Positions 54,875 through 64,000 of a stretch of DNA of 64,000 nucleotides are shown one piece after another. The DNA lies in NCBI GenBank assembly GCA_977017575.1, contig CDRNVI010000026.1:124001-188000 (forward strand), given 5' to 3'. Origin of the DNA: Paramoeba atlantica. Taxonomy: Eukaryota > Protista > Discosea. Each line of letters starts with the position of its first letter. The stretch's first letter is position 1. The position numbers were made by a program, and so were the translations under genes. The notes under the pieces are model-generated. The model searched no databases. It saw nothing but the letters and a program-made list of their open reading frames with translations, and was not told where the DNA came from.

Positions 54875-56216
54875 AACTCCCGCTCACGAAAAGTGACCCC
54901 CCTCTTTTTTTTTGTACAAATGTCCGTTTGAGCTGATTTTTGTTGCATTTTGCAGATCTCAACACAAGGACTTTGCGGGTGAAGAAATGAGACAAAAAGA
55001 AACGAATACGCACAATTTACAGAAGAATTACCATTTTGTCACTTTTTCGCCCTTCAATCTTATACACGCTTTAAGTCGAGAATCAAAACTTAATACTGTT
55101 TTGTCGATCACTTTTTGAGTTAAAGAAGATCATGCTTTACGTACACATCGGATAAGTGAAGGTTTGTCCGATGGCGTTTGTTCGTCTACCGCCTCTTGGA
55201 CCATAGACCAGACGTTTTCTATGGGGGAAAGGTCGGGCGAGTTGGGGGGCCAGTTTCTTAGAACATCACTCATTCGATTCTCAATATACTCTTTGGAGGC
55301 ACGGGCAGTATGTGCCGTTGCCCCATCCTGTTGAAATACACTATTAGGGGGGAAATCTACCTGTTTTAATGTTTCTATGTACGTCTCACTTGTAATAGAT
55401 GTGTCATTTCGTAGAATAACCAAATACCTCCACCCCACTCCTACAGCACCCCAAACTTGGCATCTTGGTGCCCAAAGTACTTTTTGACGCAGGGCTGCTT
55501 TTTGACTGCGCTTTACCCACATGTGTCTTCTGCTATCGTTGGTATCAAATATCTTTTCGTCCGTAAAAATAACATGGGCAGTATCCAATTTGTAACTCAA
55601 AGCAAATTGTACTCTTTTTTGCTTTTGTCGTTCGGTAAGCCCTTGGCATACTGGCCTAGCGGCATAATTGTAATCCAGCGATGCTAGATCTCGCTTTACA
55701 GTGCTTTGCGAAACTTGTATCCCTTTTTTACACAGTTGGCCTTTTATACGCCTTGAAGAATTGAATTTTGGTACCCCAGCGGGGTCGAGAGGAACCAATA
55801 TCTTTTCAATTTTCTTTTTGCGAGATTCGATTTTTTTAGTGGTCACAGGACTCAAAGTGTATTCCCCGCTAGATTTTTTTTCGTTCAGATATTTTTTGAT
55901 TATCCTTCTAGAGACGTTAAAATCACGGGATAATTGTTTTATCGGAACACCTTCTCCCTGTCTCATCTTCAAAAGAACCTTACCACTATCCGTAAGCCCC
56001 CCTTTTGGGAGCCAATATGGTGATTTGGTCATTTTTGGAAAAAAAAGTTGAAAAACCAATTATTTTTTCTTTACTAAATTTTAAAATTTTAAAATGAGCT
56101 AAAAACAGCGGGAACGTACAGATCTCGAAATTTTGAACGAAAAAGTGGTATGATAACCCACCCACGCCCCCCTGTGCTAAAAATAAGAGGGGGTCACTTA
56201 TTCGTGAGCGGGGGTT
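54875..56216 (-). mobile_element. Tc1-like transposon (1342 bp), ~30-bp TIRs, TA TSD; related to 32384-33710
   Basis: TA-AACTCCCGCTCACGAAAAGTGACCCCCCTC...GAGGGGGTCACTTATTCGTGAGCGGGGGTT-TA. Confidence 0.92.
55028..56032 (-). pseudogene. DD35E transposase with a single premature TGA 34 codons before the normal stop
   Basis: FTDEK, FQQDGATAH and WPPNSPDLSPIENVW. After KA* the frame continues SSLTQKVIDKTVLSFDSRLKACIRLKGEKVTKW, matching the paralogue. Confidence 0.9.
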
Positions 56217-56538
56217 TATAACAAAAATTATAACAAAAATGAGCCAAAAAGGGTAAAAATAAGACTCCTTCCTTCCTGACGCAATTTATTATACAGTTTA
56301 TGATATAGATTATCCGTGTACCAGACTCAAAAGAATTTTGGGTCAAATGAGCATATTTTTGTACTCTACAATTTTTTCAATCAAAATTCACCCCGACAAG
56401 TAAAACAAAGTCCTTAAACAAGTTCTTACCAAAGCCATTTTATCATTCCTCATTAATACGGTACAGAAAGAGTACAAATTTACCCACACCTTAATCCCTG
56501 GTCTACTTTACTTTGCGTACTTGTGGACTCTCCCCTGC

Positions 56539-57153
56539 ATGTCCGGATCCCTCACCTGTCGACGGCTCTCCTCCGCGGACTCAGCCCCCACGTCCTCTCG
56601 ACGCGGTCGTGTCCGCGGGGCGACGCTCCCCCACGAGTACGCGCTCGCCCAGTTCATCCAAGGCATTGAAAACCCCCACCCCTCATGGACCCCATCCAAC
56701 CCCGCGGAGGAGTGGTCGGGTGTGGAGTGTAATAAAAGGGGGGAAGTGGTGGCGATCCGCTGGGGAGGGCGACGCCTGCGGGGGTGCGTGCAGTGGCGGA
56801 GTCTCCCCCCGACCCTACGAACGCTTTTACTTCCCAGTAATGCGTTGACGGGGACGCTGGAGACGCAGGAACTGCCGCCGGAACTGCAGATTTTTTCCGT
56901 GTCGCAGAATCAGCTCTCGGGGGTTCCGGATATGACAAGGCTACCGGATACTTTGGAGGTGGCGTGTTTGTCGTCCAACCTATTTGAGGGTGAGGTAAAA
57001 CTGAATGCTCTTCCTGGAACGCTCCGAACGCTTGTGATGAGCAATATGAGAAAGCTTCGAGGCGAGGTGTATTATGCCGAGTTACCATGCCCACTTAGAG
57101 ATTACATTAGCGTTAGTGGGACGTCAATCAGAGTTCTTCCAGAACGAAAATGA
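56539..57153 (+). CDS. Leucine-rich repeat protein (short)
   Basis: GRVRGATLPHEYALAQF...WSGVEC N-cap and about 4 LRRs; ATG at 56539. Confidence 0.85.
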   Translation: MSGSLTCRRLSSADSAPTSSRRGRVRGATLPHEYALAQFIQGIENPHPSWTPSNPAEEWSGVECNKRGEVVAIRWGGRRLRGCVQWRSLPPTLRTLLLPSNALTGTLETQELPPELQIFSVSQNQLSGVPDMTRLPDTLEVACLSSNLFEGEVKLNALPGTLRTLVMSNMRKLRGEVYYAELPCPLRDYISVSGTSIRVLPERK

Positions 57154-57426
57154 GTACGCCTTCCTGATACCCAACAAAGCTGTAAAAGAGTTGTTGTGGA
57201 TGCGTAAACTCTGTTTCATAACCGATTCTGCAACTTATTAGCTACTCAATGTACATGTACAAGAGCACACAGAACCGGGTATAAATACTGTTCGTTCCCC
57301 CTCATCAATATTTACCATCTCACTAATTACCTCCATCTCACTAATTACCTCCATCTCATTAATCCATAAGTTGTTATAAAGTAAATATCCGTAAGGTGTT
57401 AAAGACCATACTTTTTAAACATACAG

Positions 57427-58383
57427 ATGTTTTACTGCATTTGCGCGGGAATTGGAATGCTCATTGGAGTACAACGTAATAGGCTTTTTCTGCAGATGCA
57501 TTACACGAGACTCTCGGAGAGTCCCCCGCACAAACGACGCCGAATCGCAAATTCAGCGTTACCGGAGAATTCTTTATTAACATCGAACATAATACGCGGC
57601 AAGGTACGTGGGGCTGTCTTGCCACAGGAATATATTCTGGCTCAATTTACACGCAATATGACTTTTGCTGAACACACATGGAAGACAGAAAATCCCGCAT
57701 GTGGGTGGGCTGGAGTGCAGTGCCAGAACGGAGAAGACGTCTCAAATATTCAATGGGAAGGACGTTCACTGCGAGGAGTGCCCGAGTGGCGAGAATTAAC
57801 TCTGCCGCAGTTGCTTTACCTAGAGCTTGGGACGTATTTTACCGGAAACCAGCTCTCGGGGAATATCACGTGGTCATGGCTTCCCAAATCTCTTTTGGTA
57901 TTTGTGGTAGACAACAACGAATTTACAGGAAGCGTTGAAACAAGCTGTCTTCCTTCCGCTCTGCAGACCTTTTCCTTGAATCTTAACCAGTTCGTTGGTA
58001 CGGTAAATTTCAGTGGTTTGCCGAAGTCCATTGTACGAGCACAATTTGAAAGCAATAAGTTTACTGGAAGCGTTGCCCTCGAGGCCCTCCCGCTAAATTT
58101 ACAATGTCTCTATGCTGATAGAAATAATTTTTCTGGTACGGTCGATCTTACTCGGCTTCCAATAAACACGCGGTCGATGTACCTGTCTCATAATGCTTTT
58201 CACGGGGAACTTGATCTTACTTTGTTGCCGCTGGACTTACGATTTCTGACGCTGCAGAACAATTCCTTTACGGGAACAGTCGACTTCAGTCACCTTCCTC
58301 CCGATTTGATCAGTCTCAATTTAGAACATAATCTCCTGACTAGTGTGTCTCCGAACCATATTCCTCAGTGTGTGATCATGTAG
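57427..58383 (+). CDS. Leucine-rich repeat protein (318 aa)
   Basis: GKVRGAVLPQEYILAQF...CGWAGVQC N-cap and about 8 LPxxLxxLxLxxNxFxG repeats. Confidence 0.9.
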   Translation: MFYCICAGIGMLIGVQRNRLFLQMHYTRLSESPPHKRRRIANSALPENSLLTSNIIRGKVRGAVLPQEYILAQFTRNMTFAEHTWKTENPACGWAGVQCQNGEDVSNIQWEGRSLRGVPEWRELTLPQLLYLELGTYFTGNQLSGNITWSWLPKSLLVFVVDNNEFTGSVETSCLPSALQTFSLNLNQFVGTVNFSGLPKSIVRAQFESNKFTGSVALEALPLNLQCLYADRNNFSGTVDLTRLPINTRSMYLSHNAFHGELDLTLLPLDLRFLTLQNNSFTGTVDFSHLPPDLISLNLEHNLLTSVSPNHIPQCVIM

Positions 58384-58919
58384 GCTGCACAAAAGGTAGG
58401 CCGATTTATCTTCTTTGTTAGATGTGACGGTAGTTCTCAACATGAAATTTATTGCTGGAGTTACTGCAATTGTCGCTTCGCGTTGAAAACTACACCCATT
58501 TTTAAAGATACGATCATTCCGTTTTTAATGCCTTTAGTCTTTTGTTAAATTTGTGCTGTACAAAAAAAAATATCACAGTTGTTTGCTGCGTTGCTAGGTG
58601 CCCTCCGGCTGCGCAAAGAGGTGGTGAGCTGCCTGGACCCCCTCTACCGACAGAGTCCATGTCAAACCCCCTTGGCGACATCCCAAGTGGATTCCGTGAC
58701 GATCATATCGGCCATCGCACTACGGATTTAATCTCTGCACCAATGAGCGCATGATCATCAAACTACGACTTGAAGGCCAATATGTGTCAGCAGGGCAACC
58801 TCTATGTGCTGCAAGATGTACAGATGTAAGTTAATCTGACCAGATTTAGGTGAATAGTTAGTGAGTACAAGATGAATTTAATAGTTCGTACTTAAATCGT
58901 GCAAGTAGAAGGTGGCGTT

Positions 58920-59938
58920 AGCACATTTACAATGCATATTAACTGCACGTTTATAATGCATACTAAGCGGCACATTCAAATGCATATAGCACATTCACAT
59001 GCATAACAGCACATTCACATGCATAACAGCACATTCACATGCATAACAGCACATTCACATGCATAACAGCACATTCACATGCATACTAAGCGGTACTTTC
59101 ACTTGCATAAATCCGGCACATTCACATGCATAACAGTACATTCACATGCATAATGCACGTTCACATGCATACTAAGCGGTACATTCACTTGCATAAATCT
59201 GGCACATTCACATGCATATAGCACACTCACATGCATAACAGCACATTCAAATTAAAAAAAAAATAGGTACAGATTTCAACTTTTTCCAAAAGTTCGTGCG
59301 AGGTACTATGGGAGCTCACCTTTGCTCCCGGTGAGTCCCCGGAGTTGCGAGAGGCCTCCATACCCCGCAACTACCTCCTTCCCCCAGATAAATGGGGGGA
59401 AGATGGTAGTTGTTTTGGGGGAAATGAGAGGCCGAACACACGGAGGGGCCGGCCGGGCCACAGAGCCACGTGAAAGTGTGACACCCAAAAACTAAACCTA
59501 AATATTGTTTACCCGTCTGCAAAACAGAACCGTGAAATGCCACGTATAGATTGTTGGCCGAGGTACCTAATAAGTTCACCTTTGCTTCCGGTGAGGCCAC
59601 GGAGTTGCGTGAAGGCCTCCATACCCCACAACTACCACCTTCCCCCCCTATTTAGCGGGGGTCGCGCGAGCCTGTAATATCTACACGTTTTTTCTTGTCT
59701 ACACCTGAGCCTGAAATATCTACACGTTTTTCGGATTTTGTGATTAAAAGGGAAGAATGAACAAAATTGAGAAATATGCATGTGAATGTGCTATGTGCAC
59801 TATCAATGTGCTACATGCATGTGAATGTGCTGTTACGCATGTGAATGTGCCGCTTAGTATGCATTATCAATGTGCAGTAAATATGCATTTGGGTGTGCTA
59901 TATGCATGTGAATGTGCTGTTATGCCTATGAATGTGCT
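58920..59938. mobile_element. Fold-back element: GCACATTCACATGCATA arms around a 225-bp-module-derived core
   Basis: Left array 58920-59250, inverted right array 59775-59938, core 59260-59670 similar to the 33816 unit and to 22290-22615. Confidence 0.8.
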
Positions 59939-59939
59939 T

Positions 59940-59972
59940 TAACGATAAAGATACAGTTTCTGTACCTTCTTG
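59940..59972 (+). other. Spliced-leader relic at the 5' junction of a retrotransposon
   Basis: TAACGATAAAGATACAGTTTCTGTACCTTCTTG resembles the euglenozoan SL exon (...ATACAGTTTCTGTAC.TT.TTG) and is not followed by the GTATG-type SL intron. Confidence 0.8.
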
Positions 59973-62860
59973 TTGTTTATATTTATGTTTCTTTTATATT
60001 CTCTATAGAAAATACATGCGTCTGTAGCCCCTAACATGGCAAGCTCAGACGTTCCTACTCGAGCCGCACGTGGTGATAGGCACATCCGTTTACGTCGCAC
60101 GAACCGTACAGCTTGGAGCTACTTCCGCAGCATCAAAGCCGCCGCTAACAGTGACGTGGTTCGCGAAATATACAAGAACCCGGATACCGCGCGTGCTTTA
60201 ATCGCCAGAGCGTTCGACCAAAACAAGCCGGTCAAGGGCCTTATTATAGAATCTTTCAGTCTACCTCCGCAATATCGGACCCGACGTGCTGGCTCTACCG
60301 ATCAACGGACATACCACCAGACCATGGCCGACATGCACGAACTCCTGTTTGCCCCCACTTATGCCCGCCCGTACACCCTATCACGCGAGCTATCTGCACG
60401 TTGGGATAGCGCAGGAAGAGCCACTCTGCACGAGTTCGAAGTACAAGTTTGAAGTACACAACTCGGAACCGACGTCCCAGGATATGGTGAGTCCAACGCC
60501 ACAAATGAAGCCCAACAAACGCCAGATACGAACCCCCGCCAGGAATGCGGACACATATGTAGGGATAAACGTAATTGCGCCCACGACTGCTGCAAACGTC
60601 ATTTGCAGCCTCTAGATAGCGAACCAACACGAATTGAGACCTCCCAACGCAATTCGGCAACTACGCACCGCTTCCCCCCCACTTGCACGGTCACGCTCCT
60701 CCCCTGGGCCACGCTCTAACCCTCCGGACATAGCTTCCTCTACCCTAAATCAGAACCCTATCACACAAGAGTGCAAGCACGCCTGTAAAGATAAACTTCA
60801 TTGTTTACATCCTTGCTGCAAACGCCATCTGCCCATGACCACATCTCACCCGAACCCCGTTGCACAGGAAACGGGAAGTCCCACGGTGCCTCCTTCGCTA
60901 CCACCCCCTCTCCCAGTTCCACTGAAGCTAACGCCTGCCCCACGTAAACACGTATGTAAAGACAAACTGCTGTGCGCTCACCTGTGCTGTAAGAGACACT
61001 TACAGACAACGTCCTCGACTCAATTTGAACGGACAGAGAGTGAATCATTGGGTAATATGCCCCCTCGACGGCTGGTCAGCCGAACAGGACACAGTCAGGA
61101 CCCTGTCAACACGACCCGGCGAAGATCCCTCTCATCCGCGGTAAGTTCTGACATTGGTCTGCTTGCACGGACCACATACCGTGCAGCGCAGGAACTGTAT
61201 CTCCTTCCTCCACCACCCATAACACAGCAAGGTGAATGCGGACATAAATGTCATAACAAAACAGAGTGTCTCCACTCGTGTTGCAAGCGGCATTTACGAC
61301 CCCAGAGCCAGACTGAAACAGAACCAGACATCAGCCACAACCAATCGGAGCGCATTGACAACAACCCTGGACATGCCGAAAACAGTCAACAATCTCCAAA
61401 TGAAGAATTACCCGATATAGCGCCTGCTCAACATGGGGAAACGGTAGGGCATAATGAAAGTACACAACCACAAGGAAATACCGAAGTCGATTCCGACAAC
61501 GCCCAAAGCTGTAATCACCGCTGCGCGAACAGGTTCACGTGCAAACACGCTTGCTGTAAAAGAAATCTCAACCTTCCTGAATCTAAGAGTGCACTATTGG
61601 CTGCGGCTTCAGGTCTTAGGGGGTCGCGCATGAATCTTAAACTGACCCACGCCGTCTGGGAGTTAGCTGACAAGCTCAGCAATGAACTATTCCAACGATA
61701 CAAAGAACAAAATATTTGTAGCGCAACCGCAGCGGAAGACAACATCGCTACCCTCACGGCGTGTATAGTGGTTAGCTGCGCCGTAGCAGCAACCAGAGAA
61801 CATGGGGATCGCGGTGTCACAATTCGCTCTACAGCACCCCCTCAACGACTACACCGCCGACCCACATCGAATGAAAATGCTTGCAAGCACCTCCGAACCG
61901 AAACGAAGTTGCTCAGAGGAAAAGAACGCCACGCACCACGCGATACCCGTGTACAATTACATCGACAGGCCCGCAACGCTGAGGTTCTCGTCTCAAAATT
62001 CGCCAATGAAGCAGAACTTCTAGAAATACGGCGAGAGCAGAAGGAAGCAACCCTGCGCTTCTCGAAAAACGCATGGGCTGCAGCCACGGAAACATTAGAA
62101 AGACCGACTGACACTTCGTCCACACACCCGTACCCAACGTGCGAAACATTTGAGGTCGTAGAACACTTCTCAAAAATACTGCAACCACCTCTCTCTACCG
62201 CTAACCTACCAGACGAATCACAACTAACCAGCCAAAAGTGAACCCTCAAACCTGGGATGACATAACCCCTCAAGAGGTCACGCGCTTCCCTAGCGCGAAG
62301 AAATCATCCTCCGCTCCGGTACGAGACGCCATTCAAAACACATCACTGAAAAAGCTGAAGTCGCTGCACGAAGGAATTGCGAAATACTTCAATGACCTAT
62401 TACGTTGGAATGTCTGTCCAAAGGAGTGGAAAGCAGCAGTGGTCAAGCTCTTGCACAAGGGGGGGAACCGAATTCTCCGCAGAACTGGCGGCCGATAGCC
62501 CTAACATCGTGCCTCGGGAAACTACTACATACAATCATCGCCGCGAGAATAACTGAATACGCCACCACGGAAGGCATTATGGACACAACTATACAGAAAG
62601 GCTTCTTACCAAAGCTAGCCGGGTGTGTTGAACACACCGCTGCACTCAGTCACTGCATCCGGCACCCAAAGAAGAATCGTAAGCCTCTCTGTATGGTTCA
62701 ATACGACCTGGCAAACGCCTTCGGTTCCGTCCCACATGAAATAATTATCGCAGTACTAAAAAGGGCGCATATCGACCCAGTTATTATCCATTACATCCGA
62801 AAGCTCTATGAGAATGCAGAAATACAGCTCAAGCTGGAATCCGGACTTACAGAATCAATC
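59940..62860 (+). mobile_element. Degenerate R2-group (RLE-type) non-LTR retrotransposon; five Cys/His fingers then RT, 3' part lost or displaced
   Basis: The ORF runs from ATG 60036 through a TGA at 60450 and frameshifts near 60675, 62240 and 62460. RT NWRPIALTSCLGKL, QKGFLPKLAGCVEH and YDLANAFGSVPH is typical of R2/R4/NeSL-like RTs. It breaks off before the QGDP motif. Confidence 0.82.
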
Positions 62861-64000
62861 GTTAACCAATCGTTGAATCCTTTTTCTCTTTTCTACCTCT
62901 ACTCTCTCTCTCCCCGGCGCAAGCCCATGACCAGACGTCGGCGTGGCCACCGGGGATCCAAGGATTCCGATACTGGGATTAACACCCCATCATCCTCGAC
63001 CTCAGGTAGACCTGCTACCACCCCTCTCAGGCGAGGCTCCAGCCCCCACCCCTCCGTAGAGGTGGAGGGGCTGCGCCAGCTCTCCATCGAGGAGCTGAAG
63101 AAGGCGAGCCCGGACTTGGTCGTCCGGGTCAAGGAGCAGCACAAGTCATGTGCCTGCGACTTCTGTGGCCTCCCTTTCGTGCCAACCAGGCGGGACAACC
63201 GCCTGTGTGAGGAGTGCGTTACCCTGCGCTCTCGGCACAGGAACGACGTTAGAGTGCGTGCCTCGACGCAAGCCTCAGGGACCCCTCCACCCAGTCCCAC
63301 GTCTTCCTCTCGATCCTCCCGAGCCAACTCCACAGCCCGCAGGATCCCACGTTCTTCTTCCTCTCGGGGGAGATCCCGGAGCTTTGACCGTACATTTACT
63401 ACGGTCGCCCCCACCCCTATCCTGAGGAAAGCAGCCAACGTTTCCTTCGCTCCTCTCCCCACCCCCGACAGTCGGAGCACGTCATACGCCCGCATCTCGA
63501 CGCCTGGCCTGGCGACCGCCCCCTCCCCCGATCACGTCGGACGCGATGTACAGCGACGCCCCCGCCCCGACGGAGCGTCCGCTGAAACTCCCCACGCTGG
63601 CGCAACAATTCAAGGAGATGGACGCTGTGCGCTTCAAACTCCTTCCCTCCCCTTCTAGCTCGGGGCTCCCTCTAGCCCAAACTGGAAGATGATCTGTCTC
63701 TCTGCGTCTCCTCTCGGCCCTACACGCGGAGCACGAGAGGATCTCCCTTGAGGAAATGGAGGCCCGGGCACGCCGTAAGCTGACCCTGGAGGCTGTCAGT
63801 GGTCTGCACGCGGCCCAGAAAGCCATCGAGGATCGCTTTCTTCTGATCAATGCGGGCCATTTGGTCTGCATTGAATGTGGGGTAGCCCAACTCCACCATG
63901 TAGCCCTACAGGCGCACCTAGTAAAGGTGCACGGTCCCAAGTGGCTAAGGAAAGCATATATTGCCCTGCTAAAGGAGCATGCCCCGGAAGCCCTCCTGAT
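62861..64000 (+). mobile_element. 5' part of a second, probably retro-, element with C4 and C2H2 zinc fingers; runs off the window
   Basis: Abrupt switch to a pyrimidine tract, ATG at 62927, CDFC...CEEC, a low-complexity region, then CIEC-x12-H-x4-H near 63870-63935. Confidence 0.55.

Noticed and set aside
55130-55132. In-frame TGA as evidence of UGA=Trp recoding
   Set aside because: It is a single case in a transposon. Apparent host genes end in TGA (45375, 50462, 57153), and Trp is encoded by TGG elsewhere.
59940-60040. Functional SL RNA gene
   Set aside because: There is no GTATG-type donor, no recognisable SL intron or T-tract terminator, no tandem array, and the upstream DNA is a repeat arm.

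Overview
This is eukaryotic, intron-poor DNA, very probably from a kinetoplastid (Euglenozoa). Four lines of evidence support this: a 7SL RNA gene set head-to-head about 95 bp from a tRNA-Lys, spliced-leader (SL)-like ACAGTTTCTGTAC motifs, VIPER/TATE-type tyrosine-recombinase retroelements, and a co-oriented run of single-exon genes. The expanded LRR family hints at a Perkinsela-like lineage, which is inference only. Positions ~1-41 kb are a deeply nested transposon graveyard: RTE-like LINEs with RNase H, VIPER- and TATE-like elements, Tc1-like transposons with DD51E, DD35E and DD32E spacing, hAT and Merlin-like remnants, many MITEs and fold-back elements. A small Pol III island (7SL plus 4 tRNAs) sits at 23.0-23.85 kb. 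Positions ~41-58.4 kb hold a plus-strand host gene run (ZC3H15/Tma46-like, a Nudix protein, a small membrane protein, four LRR genes or pseudogenes) with further insertions. Positions 59.9-64 kb hold an R2-group retrotransposon with five Cys/His fingers, whose 5' end is an SL relic, and a second element nested in it. The most notable signals are SL-headed retroposed sequences (one with its empty site inside the window), the five-finger retrotransposon, an intact 721-aa DD51E transposase, and a 111-bp target duplication with a snap-back-primed 18-bp array. All homology calls come from motif recognition by eye; no database search was run.
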